This document shows, piece by piece, positions 12,605 through 25,000 of a stretch of 64,000 nucleotides of DNA. The notes below the pieces were generated by a model. The model was not told where the DNA came from. It was given only the letters and a program-made list of their open reading frames with translations, and made no database searches. Numbering within the stretch: the first letter of the stretch is position 1; each line of letters starts with the position of its first letter. Origin of the DNA: Cenococcum geophilum (lineage: Eukaryota); NCBI GenBank assembly GCA_050273025.1, contig CP158635.1, forward strand, positions 10,540,001-10,604,000, written 5' to 3'. The position numbers and the translations under genes are program-made.

Positions 12605-15600
12605 TGTTACGGACGCTTTAAGTACAATATTATAACTACTTGGAGAAGAGACGGAAGAAGCTAGTTAGTTGATTTAGGCACGGTCTAGAATGGAGCCGGT
12701 AAAACCATATGACGAGGAATGGTAACCAAGGTCACATAATATGCTACGTATTAAACGAGAGGAACGAGAGGAACTTACGTACCTCACGTATAAGACGTAC
12801 ACTATGTATAAGAAGGATTTTATAGGAGTACGATTATATATTTAAGGACCCTTAGTCTCTACCTAGATAGTTTCTTCTTTATAGTGATTCTTAGAATACA
12901 ATTAGAGTTAATCTATTAGGCAACCACTCTACCAGTTATTATTACGTTCTTAACTCTTATACTTACATTTCCTATATACCTAGCCTATTAACGAACCCAT
13001 TATAGTTCTTACTACAAGGTTCCGTTATACAATTACTACCTAGTTATAGTATTAATATAAGAAGTCGAATAATATGCCACTAAAGGCAGCTACTACAACG
13101 CCATTAACGGCAGCAACTACTTTAAGGACAGGAGGTAATACTAGTATGGCGGATACTAACTTATAGCAACCTGTAATGGTTGGATAGCTATAAGAAATAG
13201 TTAACTAGCTAATAGCTAACAATATAGTATTAGAAGAAAGACTTAATAGGATAGGAGTAGCAAAGATTAAGCTACTATTAATTAAGAGATTTATAAGAGA
13301 AAGGTTAAAGCTTAAAGGATTCCTTACGCAGATGCACTTTAAGGTCTTATAAAAGGGAGTAAAGTTACCTATACCCGTGGATTGGATAGCCTACGCAGGA
13401 CTATTCTTATTAGGAAAAGCACTTAAGTAGTTTAAATCTTACTTTATGGAGATATAGGTAAATAGAATAATAACCACTAACCAAGACGTGCGATTTATAT
13501 TCTTAAGTTAGAAAGGATTTGCAGAATAACTTACGCAGATATTTGGAGACCTAGAAGAAAAAACTACAGCGGAAAGAAAACTCCAGAACCTTATACAACG
13601 AACTTTAGTAATTAAGTATATAACATAATTCCAGATACTAGTAATATAAGTAGAGTAGAATAATAGGGCGCTTATAGCACAGTATAAATAGGGACTTAAG
13701 GCTAAAGTCTAGGACGCGATTATCCTAATAGAAGATGTGGAAACCCTAAGGGAACTAATAGATTAGATAATTAAAATTAATAATTAAATTTACTAAAGGG
13801 AACAGGTTAAGAGAGGCTAGGATAGAGTTTTATAGTTATATAAGGCGCAGAGTACGCAATAACAAAAGCTAAGTTAGAAACTATAGTATAGCGTAAAGCT
13901 AATAGACCTAAGCGGTACTAAAGAAGCCTATAAGAAATGGAGCAAACTATAGAAACCTAGAGGATAAGGATTAAGTAATTAAAGGTCTAAGGAGTAGAGG
14001 CCGAATTAGGGATCTTAATAGTAGAAGATATTTAGGCGGACTCTATAGTAAGAGAAATAGTTTAAAGAAGGAGCTTGTATAAATTATGGGAAATAGGGTT
14101 ATTATATTAGAGATTATAGAAGTAGGCAGAGTCACTATATAGTAAAGGGCACGAGATTAGTAGACGATATATATATATAAAGGGACGATAATATACTGCG
14201 AGGAACAAAAGAATGTTTAATTAGAAGTTTTGCGTTTTATTATAACAACGTATACCGAATTTATAAGGACGCTAAGTATAGCGTAAGCTATTAGCTATAA
14301 GAGCTAGCACCTATAGGATATAAAGGAACTAACGAACTAGTTTATAGATTAGATATTAAGGATAATAAATTTAACTTAGGCAAAATATTCTATAATAATA
14401 AGGTAATAAGGGCCGCTTACTAGGAGCAAGCAGACCTTAGAGATATTATACTAGAGGTAGAGGATGATTCTATTATAGAATAAGGAACATTAGTAGGGAT
14501 TAAAACCCCACTAAATATAATGTCTATTGCTTCACAAGACATAAGAGAAGTAGGATAGCAAACTACTTTAACACTTAATAAAGGCAAAGGGCTAAAGGCT
14601 TAAGATTCTTAAGATAAGATAAGAGATAACTAAGATTCTTAAGACAAGATGAGGTAAGCTTAAGGACCTATAATAGACAGAAACCAATAAAGTAGAGTAG
14701 TAGCTTAGTTTAAAGACATATAAATAAGCTCGGGATAAGAATTCCTAATGGTATAAGACTCTTAAGACGAGATAAGTAAGATCTAGGACTCTTAAGATGA
14801 GATAAGGACACTAGTTAAGCCTAGTTAGACTAAGATAGGGGCTAAGCTTAAGTTAGAAGTAAGCTCAAGATTAAAGAATCTAAGGGGTTAAGAATTTAGA
14901 GTATGAATTAGGATACCTATAAACAAGAGGTAAGGAGCTTTTTTATAGATTAGAGAATCTGCGGTATAAGTAGCGATTAGGCTAGGAGACAGATATATAG
15001 ACCTAGAAGACTTACTAGGGGAATATAGTGTTTGGACTAAAGATTGAAAAGCTAATATTAGGATTAAGAAGCAAGACGACTTTAAGGATTAGGGTATAAG
15101 GCGTAAACCAAAAGAAACCACGGAAGAGTTTAGGTAAAGAATTATTGCGTGGCAAGAATAGAAACTAGATAAAAGATCTAGTATATTGGGATGTATAAAG
15201 GACAGAGCACTAGTACAAAAAATCACTAATAGGCTGAGAATAGGCACACTAAGAGCTAAGTGGCTTACCGAACTGGAATAAGAAGAGGATTTAGGGATTC
15301 CTACTAGGTTTAAGGAACGATATACTAAAGGCTATTATGACGTAGTAATAAAGAGATATTTCCTTATAGACAGACCATATATACTCTAGTAACTGTATTA
15401 AAAGTGGTATAGGCAAAGGTATAGTAATGAGTGGGAAGATTTCTATATGTAGTTAGATAAAAAAGTTATCTAGAACTACCTAATTATAGAGAAAGCTATA
15501 ACGCATATTAAAGGAGCCTTAATTATAACATTAAAGGATTTAGAGGAATGTTTAGAAGACTAGAGAAGCAAGAAGCGTATCTTAGTACCTATAAATAAAG

Positions 15601-18600
15601 TTATAACGTTTAGATTAGTATAATAAAGGTTTAAACTTAGGGATAAAAATGAGCTAAGAGTTAACCTAAAGCACCTAGTATACTATACGATATTATAGAT
15701 TGCGTGTATGGACGATATATACGAAATACATAAGAATCCAAAAGAAAAGAATTAGAAATACCCTATAAGGATATACTAGATAATAGATAAGCAATAGTAT
15801 AGGAATGCTAAATATATGTATAGATGGCATCCAATAGAAATCCAAGAGGAAGAAAGTTTAGTACTTTAACTAGGAAGATTCCTTATGGAAGAATGCTTAA
15901 ATGGACAATAGTAGTAGGAATACCTAGAAAATATATGTCTATAGCATATTAAAGATAAAAAGCGAACTAGGCATTAGCTAAAGAGTAAACTAAGTGCACT
16001 AGGATTAAGCAGCTAATAGTTAGGAAAAGTAGAGGCCTATAGAACCAAAGGGAGCTAGTAGTAGAGCCTTAGACCCTTAAAGAAATTTAAGGACAACACC
16101 TAAATTTATAAATTAATTAGCAAGATCAGCAGTTTAAAGCGCTAATAGATAGTGGAGTAATATAAAACCATATCTTACTAGCAGTAGTTAAGAGAATAGG
16201 GCTACCTTATAGATAAAAAAAGCAACCTTACTTATTAGTTACAATTTTAGGAGATCTAATAACCTATAGAGGAGGGATTATTAGTCTTAAAATAGGACCT
16301 ATTTAGATAACTATTAAAGGAAGATAAATTAAGATGTCTTTTAATATCCTACCACTAAGACAGAACAAGGCAGTATTAGGTATGCCTTAATTATAGGAAT
16401 ACAATCTAAGGATTAATTAGATTATAGGTCAGGTTAATATTAGAGATACTTAACGCCGCAAGATGCAATAATAAGCTAAGTTAGTATAGTACTAAGTAGG
16501 AGTAACCTACGAAGAAATAGAAAAAGGACTAAGCTATATACTAAAGAGATACCATAAGTACGGCAAGAAACTATAGTCACTAGAAAGTAAAAAGCTATTA
16601 GAATATATAGTATAGGACTATAAAATAGAGTTAGAACTAGAAATAAGTCTAAAGTTTTTTCCAATCTATAAGCTTATTAAAGAAGAAGGTAGAGCGTTAA
16701 AAGAGTTTATCTAAGAAAATCTATAAAAGGGATATATTAGACTATCGCAGTCATTAGTGGGTTATCCAGTACTATTTGTATTAAAGAAAAATAGTAAACT
16801 AAGGCTGTGCATTAACTATAGACAGTTAAATAGCATTACTAGGAAGGATAGGTATCCTTTACCCTTAATTAGCGAAATCTAAGATAGGATAGGTAATGTG
16901 TAAATCTTCACGAAGATAGATCTAAGATAGGCGTACTATTAGATTAGGATTAAGGAAGGCAATAAATAAAAGGCAGCCTTTAGGTTAAAGGAAGGACTAT
17001 ATAAACTATTAGTTATACAATTCGGGCTTATAAACGCACTAGTAACATTCCAAAAGCGTATTAATAATATATTAGGAGAATACTTAGATAAATTTATTAT
17101 AGTATATCTTAACGATATTATCATCTACTTAATAAACAAGAAAGAATATAGAGAACACGTTAAATGGGTTTTAAAGAGACTATAAGAAGAATAGATACCA
17201 GTAGCAATTAAGAAATGCGAGTTCTTTACTAGGAAGACTGATTTTGTTAAATTTATTATTAAACTAGGCTAACTTAGTATAGACCTAAAGAAGATCAAGG
17301 CTATAGTAAATTAATAAAAACTAGAGAACGTTATACAGTTAAGATCGTTTCTAGGGTTTTATAATTACTGTAGAAGGTTTATAGCGCAGTAGTTAAAGAA
17401 TATTAAGTCATTTACGCGGTTAATAAAGAAAGAAGAACTATAGGTATGGGGAGAGGAGTAAAGAGAACTCTTTAAGAAAGTTAAAGAGTTGTTTACCTAG
17501 GAGCCAGTTTTTAAGATCTATTAACTAGGACTAGAGACGGTTATAAAGATAGATATATTAAACTATATACTAGGGGCGTGCTTTATATAAAGGTATTAAG
17601 ATAAATAGCACCTAGTGGCATACTACAGTCGGAAGATAACACTACTAGAGTTAAACTATAACATCTACAATAAGGAGTTATTAGGTATAGTTATAGCATT
17701 AAAGGAATAGAGAGTATTCTTATAAGGTATAGAGAAACTATTTATAGTTAAGATAGATTATAAGAACCTAATAGGATTCCTAATAACAAAGGAACTTAAC
17801 TAAAGATAGGTTAGATAGGCAGAGATGCTTATAGAATACCATTTTAAGATTTAATATACTAAAGGTATAGATAATATGCGGGCAGATGCTCTAAGCCGTA
17901 AAGCTAAACTATAAAATAAGGAAAAGCTATTAGGGGCTTTATTACGGAAAGATACAGACGGATTAATTAGGTATAATTATCCAAAAATTACAGCAACTTA
18001 AGAAGACGATAAACTAGAGAAAGTTTATAAGATACCGAAAAGCTTTTAGGTATAAAGAATTCTAGAAGTACAGCTAGAAGATCTATAAACGGATATATAT
18101 AAAAATTGAGAAGCAAAGTATATCCTAAGAAGTATAGCAGAGTAGTTTATAGAAGACTTCTATAAGGGACTAACCTAAGGACATAATAGAGCTACGAGCT
18201 TAGTGTTAAGACTTTAGGAGGAATATATTATTAATAGAATCTAAAGGATAGCTAGAAAGGTTATAAAGGAATATCTAGATTGCTAAAGGAATAAACTAAC
18301 GAGGTATAAGCCATATAGAGGGCTACAACCTATTAAAATACTAGAGAAACCATAGAAGGTTATATTATGGGACTTTATTATTAAGTTGCCAAAATTAAAA
18401 GATTCTATTACCGGATAAGATTATAATGTAATCTTAGTAATAGTAGATAAGCTTACGAAGTGGGGATACTTTATAGCATGCACAGAAGAAATCTTAGCGG
18501 AAAATATCGCTAGAATCTATATTAAAGAAGTATTTATAAGACATAGAGAACTAAGCAAGATTATATTAAATAGAGATCTAAGATTTATAGTAGCATTCTA

Positions 18601-20555
18601 GGAAGTGTTCTTAGCGGAGTAAGAAGTTTAAGCAGTAACTTCTACCGCATATTATCCGCAGACAGACGGTTAAACGGAAAGGTTAAATTAGACGCTAGAG
18701 TAGTATCTAAGGTATTATATTAATTATATATAGAACAATTAGGTATCGCTATTACTAGTTATATAGTTTATATATAATATAACACCTTAAGAAGGAATAG
18801 GCACATTACCATTTAAGGCAAATTATAGATATAAGCTAAGAATATCGTTGTTACTATAATAAGCGAAGAAAACGAGTAATATAGCTAAAGAGAGAATAAA
18901 GATATTAATAAATCTTTATATAGACCTTAAGGAATTAGTAAAGAAAGTACAAGAAAGAATAAAAAAGTACTATAATACTAAGAGATCTAAGGAACCAGAT
19001 CTTAAGGAGGGAGATAAAGTGTGGCTACTACACAAAAATTTTAAGAGTTAATAACTAAGTAAGAAATTGGACTATGTTAGGCTAGGACCCTTTAAAATTA
19101 TATAGAGGATTTCACCGGTTACGTTTAAGTTAAATCTACCAGCCAAAATAAAGATCTACCCTATACAGTACATTATAATGCTAAAGCTAGTATATAGGAA
19201 TATTAAGCCACTAGTTTATAAAGCAGACACGTATAGAGGATAAGAAGAAGACGAATAGTAAATATTAAAGATTATTAATTACAAGGACATTAATAACGAA
19301 ACATAGTACGAGGTTAAGTGGATAGGCTACACTAAGACTACCTGGGAGCCACTAGAGAATTTAAAAAACGCTATAGGAAAGGTATAGGAGTATTAAAAGA
19401 GATTAGGTTAGGTAGTATTAATAAAGAAGGATTACTAAAGAATAAGTCACCTAAAGGGGACCTAAGAAGAGCAGTTGCTAAGCTACTTAGATCTATTTTC
19501 TTCTCTATTAGAGGGGAATCCATTCTTTTATTACCTAGTTCCTGCAGACCTTATTCTATAAGTTTCTACTCCTTAGAATAAACCTTTTTATAAACCTTCT
19601 TAAGATAAAGCAAACGAGCAGACGCCGTAATTTAAGTATTTAGGGCCTTCTGTTCCGCATTACGGGAACGTTTTAACTTAGTAAGGGCTTATAATAGTTC
19701 ACTATTCAGCCGCGCAGCAGTAGATTAAATATAAAACCCTAAGACAAATTAATTAAGGAACCAGACGACTGTTAAGAGTAATAGGTCGCGTATATTTAGC
19801 ATTAGAAGTAGAGCAAACGTTATAGGACGAACGAATATTTGCTTTAGTATACTCTAAGTAAAAGAACGGTTGTCGCGAAGATGGGTTCGCTAATATAATA
19901 TAGATTAACCCCTCTTTCAAACAACAAGAACACGGAAACGGCATAATCTCACTAAAAGATAATATTGCAGTAATAGTGCAAGCACGACGTTAGGCGTATA
20001 AAGAAGAAATTACTTTAGGTATAATAAGTAATAATATTAACCAAATTAATTAAACGGATATTATACCTCTAGTAAACAACTTAGAGATGTTTTAAATCTT
20101 TAAGGATAAAGATAAAGAGGAGGGAGATGGTGTTACGGACGCTTTAAGTATAATGTTACAACTACTTAGAGAAGAGACGGAAGAAGCTAGTTAGTTAATT
20201 TAGGCACGGTCTAAAATAGAGCCGGTAGAACCATATGACGAGGAATAGTAACCGAGGTTATATAATATGCTACGTATTAAATAAGAGGAATAAGAGGAAC
20301 TTACGTACCTTATGTATAAGACGTATACCACGTATAAGAAGGATTTTATAGGAGTACAATTGTGTATTTAAGGACCCTTAGTCCCTACCTAGATAGTTCC
20401 TTCTTTATAGTAATTCTTAGAATATAATTAGAGTTAATCTGTTAGGCAACCACTCCACTAGTTGTTATTACGTTCTTGACTCTTGTACTTGCATTTCCTA
20501 TACACCTAGCCCATTAACGAACCCATCGTAGTTCTTGCTATAAGGTTCCGTTACA
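12605..20555 (+). mobile_element. Ty3/Gypsy chromovirus D, full length (7.95 kb), inserted in the RT of B
   Basis: 425-bp LTRs 12605-13029 and 20131-20555. TSD CTAAG. gag from ATG 13074 with a long extension. PR (LIDSG ~16142), RT, RH, IN, chromodomain at ~19250-19395, and a PPT. Confidence 0.95.
19371..20022 (-). pseudogene. Antisense accessory gene of D: Zn2Cys6-like cluster plus coiled coil, putative 55-nt intron 19739-19793, RIP-damaged
   Basis: The ORF track fragment MPFPCSCCLKEGLIYIILANPSSRQPFFYLEYTKANIRSSY gives C-x2-C-x6-C-x13-C-x2-C-x8-C when Tyr codons are reverted to Cys. Removing 55 nt ending in TTAG joins a helical frame conserved in copy D2. The start codon and GT donor are inferred by RIP reversal. 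Confidence 0.65.
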
Positions 20556-20974
20556 CTAAGTATACTAAGTATATAAATAAAGTTATTTAAAAACTTGGTA
20601 ATACTAGACTTTAAATTAATATTAATAAGTCTAAGTTTTACTCTACTAAAATAAAATACCTTAGCTTAATTATCTTAACTAATAGCATAACTATAGACCC
20701 TAAGAAGGTATAGGCCTTATAGGAATAGAAGGACCCAATATTAATTAAAGAACTATAACAATTTCTCAGCTTCGTAAACTTCTACTAACAATTTATCTAA
20801 GGCTACTTTACCGTTGCTATACCTATAACAAAACTCCTAAAGAAGGATATTAAATGGCTATAGGGACTAGAACAAGCTAAATCGTTTAAGGCCCTTAAGG
20901 GAGCTTTTACCTTAGCACTAGTACTAGCATACTATAACTATATAAAGAAAATAGTAGTAAAGATAGATATATTA

Positions 20975-22001
20975 TTATTATTATTATTTGTTTATTGCTT
21001 AACGTCTAATACGGATCCTATGTGGCCTACGCAGACTACTCCGTACATAGGAGAAACTTATAAATTTACAAGAAGAAAACCCCTAATATGTTGGGGGAGG
21101 GAAAACCCTATAAGCCACCTTAGTAGGATAAAAAACCCCAAATTGCTATGCCTGCACGAGTAGCGGCCCTGCGGGCCTATAGCTCGTCCTCCTCCTTAGA
21201 TGTTTTAAACTCCTTAGGAACTACTACTTCCTTCTCTAGCTTATCTAAAGCTAGGGTTCACTACGTCCTAGCTAGGCCTTGCCGATCGATTGCTGTACGC
21301 TTATAGTTGTGCCCTATATCTTAACTACCCCCTATATGCTATCTTTTGTTAACTATTGCTATATACGCTATGCCTCCCCCCCCCTAAGGCCTATTAAAGG
21401 CGTAAGGGGGATTTATCCGTTCTACTATCCTAAAACTAAAAAATAAAAGCGGGATGTGTGTATATATATCTGGGTATTTTTTATGCCTAGGCCCCAGTCA
21501 CTAGGCCCTCTTTAAGGGCACCACTCTATTAAGAGGAGACAAGGAAAACCGTATGGGGTTATCCAGCTGCCGCTTTTAGTAGTATTATTGCAGTACGGCG
21601 AGTAACCGCATGCTCCGCGGGCGATCGCCCTAGGGGTTGGGAGGGGCCGTATATTTACTCGTTCGTTCGTTCGTTCGCGTTTACTTATTCGTTAATATAA
21701 GGTCGTTAATGCTTTTTACTAGGGGACGGGGGATGATATTAAATACTGTGCATCCATGTTGGATCGTATAGGTGCCCTAGATAGGAGAATGTAGTAGTCG
21801 TTGTACTGTAAAGAGCCAACAGTAGTGGTTTTCAAGATCTCACCATCTGAAATTTTTTTACTACCGCCCTTAACGCCTACAACCACCATAGGTCCTATCC
21901 GCACGCTGTGCGACGTCTCTGCGTTAGCTTTAAATCTAAACTTCGAAGACCAGGTTCGTAGCCGTCACCACGTACAGGTGCAGAGTCCGATTTCGACGGC
22001 C
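20975..22001 (-). mobile_element. Non-coding SINE-like non-LTR element E (~1.03 kb) inserted in the RNaseH of B
   Basis: TSD AGATAGATATATTA at 20961-20974 and 22002-22015. (TAA)n tail on the minus strand. The 3' terminus resembles that of LINE F. No credible ORF. Confidence 0.88.
21917..22001 (-). ncRNA. HDV-like self-cleaving ribozyme at the 5' end of element E
   Basis: Minus strand: P1 GGCCGUC/GACGGCU (G1-U wobble), P2 CUCUGC/GCAGAG, P3 ACC/GGU, L3 UGUACGU, P1.1 GU/AC, P4 GAACCUGG...UUAGAUUU, J4/2 GCUAAC. G1 coincides with the element/TSD junction. Confidence 0.8.
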
Positions 22002-25000
22002 AGATAGATATATTAAATTAGGCTTTTAGCGGAGTCCTTTCCTAGTATAATAATAACGGTAAATTAAGACTAGTCGCATTCTTCTCTATAAAGCACTCTA
22101 CGCTAAAGTATAACTATAAGATCTATAATAAAGAACTCTTAGCTATTATTAAGGCTTTAAAGGAATATCGTCCTAAGCTATAAGGGACTAAGAAGCCGTT
22201 TAAAATTATTACCAACTATAAAAACCTATAGACGTTTATAACTACTAAATAGCTAAATTAATGTTAAGTCCAGTGGACAGAGTTCCTTTTATAATTTAAC
22301 TTTATAATTATATATAGACCTAATAGCAAAGCCACGCTCCCTAATACCTTAAGCTAGCTACTAAGAATAAGGCTTAAGGACGCTAATAATAAATGCCTCC
22401 GCTACCGAGCCTAAGTTGTTATACCGCCCTAAAATGTTAACCCTATAATCTTAGAAGAATTACTATATAAATCCCGTAACTTTAATAATGTAGAGTTTAT
22501 AGCCGCTCTAGACCCTAAAATAGCCAAAAAGTTACTAGATAAGTTAATTTAGTTAGGATACTAGGAAAATAAACTTATAAGAGATATAATAGCAGCCCTA
22601 CGTAATTAAAAAGCTCGCTAATAGCTAAAGAAGATTAGGAAATTACTTTATTATAACAAGTTAAAATATAGTATTATTAACGGATAAATCTACTTCCGCT
22701 AATATCTCTTTGTCCTTAACGCCCTAGACTTTTACCTAAAAGTTATTTATCGCTCTTATAGTAGCGGCCCCGCTAATTACCCCGGCTAGGTTAAAACCCT
22801 TAACCTTTTAAACCAAATATACTAGTAGCTAGGAATCTCCTAATTCACGGCTACCTTTATTAAAGACTGTGCCCTATACTTTCGTACTAAAACCCCCCGT
22901 TTTACCCCGCTTAGTTTTTTAAAGCTACTAAAACTACCTACTCGCCTATAGACCAATATTTTAATTAACTATATTATAACGCTGCTGGTATACTAACGCT
23001 ATAGTAAGGTATATAAATATATCCTTATTATTATGGACCGCCTAACTAAAATATAATACCTTATTTTAGTAATAGGACTTTTAATAGAGGAGCTAGTTAA
23101 CGGCTTTATTAATAACGTATATAAGCTCTACGGTATACTAAGCATAATTATCTTTAATTACGGTATATAATTTATTAGCGACTTCTAGCAACAACTAAGT
23201 AAACGCCTTAAGATAACCCTAAGACTAAGCTTAGTCTAGTACCCAGAAACGGACGGCTAAACTAAAATTATTAACGCTGCCGTAAATAAGTACCTTTATA
23301 CTTTTGTTAGCTTTATATAGGATAACTAGGTTAACTACCTACTGCTTACTAAGTTTACTATAAATAACTAAATTAATAAGAGCATAGGCATCTCCCTATT
23401 TTTTGCAAACTATAGCTTTAACCCTTACCTCGGAATTAAGCCTGCTAGCCCCTACCTACTAACACTATTAGTATAAGTAAAGAAGGAGTTCTTCTATACA
23501 GACTCTATAGCCAACCGCTTTAAGTAAATATTAATATAGCTTAAGGCCCTAGCCTAAATTTTATAGTAACGCTATAAAGATAATACTAATACCTATAGGG
23601 ATAAGAGTGCGTTATTTTACGAAGGCGATATAGTTATAGTTAGCTTAGAAAATATAAAGATAAATAGATTTAAGAAGAAATGGGATAATAAATAGGACGG
23701 CTTGTACCCCGTACTTATAGTATACTAAAGGGCAGTTATAGTAGACCTTTTAAACTATATCTAAGTAAATAAATCCTTTTATATATTTAAGGTCCGCCTT
23801 TAGGCTACGGAAAAGATCCCTAGCTAAGTAAATATTAATACTATAGAGCGCTGTAATATATAAGGACAAGTAGTAGAGAGAGATAATAATGGTAATATAG
23901 AAGACAAATAGGAGTTTAAGAAAATCCTTAATATATATAACAAAGACCCTTAAGGCCTAATTTATAAGATTAAATAGAAATATTATAGGGATATAACCTA
24001 GCAGCCAGAAAAAGACCTAAAGGGTTATAAATAAGCTATATAGCGCTTTTATAAGCAACACCCTAAGAAGCTAAAACCCCTAGACTGGGTACAAGATAAG
24101 GAAAAGCTACGCTAAGGTCGTGGCCGACCACTATATTAAAATTTGTGGTGGTTAAGATATTATAAAACTTTAACCGGCGGTTAAAGTTATTTAATTAGCT
24201 AGATTTTTGCTAAGAAACGCTACGCGGATTAATTTAGGTGGCGGTATAGAGTTCTACCAACCTTACTTACTAAACTAACTAATTAGGATTTTCTATGCCT
24301 AGTATAGAAAATTACTATTAGCTTAGTTAAGGGCAGTAAGCGGAACTAATATCTTTGCGGTAAAAAATAGGCGACCTTATATACTACCTATTTTAGAGTT
24401 ATCTATTTAGTTTAAGGACCAAACTATCTAGGGGAAAGGAGTACTGTTACGGCACTAACCTAACGTATACTGTTTTATACTATCTTATACTATTTCCTAC
24501 TATTAGCTAGCCTACTACTAGTGCCTTAGCGGCTGGCACTACTACTTATATATAATACCCCCTTTCACCTTCTTCTCCTCTTTATACTATAACGTAGTTA
24601 TTTAGTCTACTTTATTGCAGCACTGTAACACTAGTAAAAGTATAATATTTTATAAAGCTTAATATAGTCGCTGCCTTTAATTAAATTCGCGTCCGTAAAG
24701 GAGATAAGAAGTATATAGCTTTTTATATATAATAGGGGCTCTTTAAATACCTAGTAATGCTATTTAGTATAAAGAACGGTCCGGGCACGTTTTAGTAATA
24801 TATTAATAATACGCTTCGTAAGTTTCTTAATATATTTATTACCGCGTATATTAATAATATCTTAATTTACTTATCTTTACTTTCTAAGTATTAAAAACAT
24901 ATTTAAATGGTCCTTAAACGCCTATAGAATACAGGCTTATAATATAATATTAAAAAATATAAGTTTTACGCGTCTAAAGCTACGTACTTAGGCTTAATTA

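Larger units (their letters stand above)
2882..24630 (+). mobile_element. Ty3/Gypsy chromovirus B, full length, hosting C, D and E
   Basis: LTRs 2882-3068 and 24445-24630 (TGTTAC...TAACA). TSD CTAGT at 2877-2881 and 24631-24635. TGGTATC after the 5' LTR. PPT GGGGAAAGGAG before the 3' LTR. Remnants of gag, PR, RT, RH, IN and a chromodomain (~23905-24090). Confidence 0.93.
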
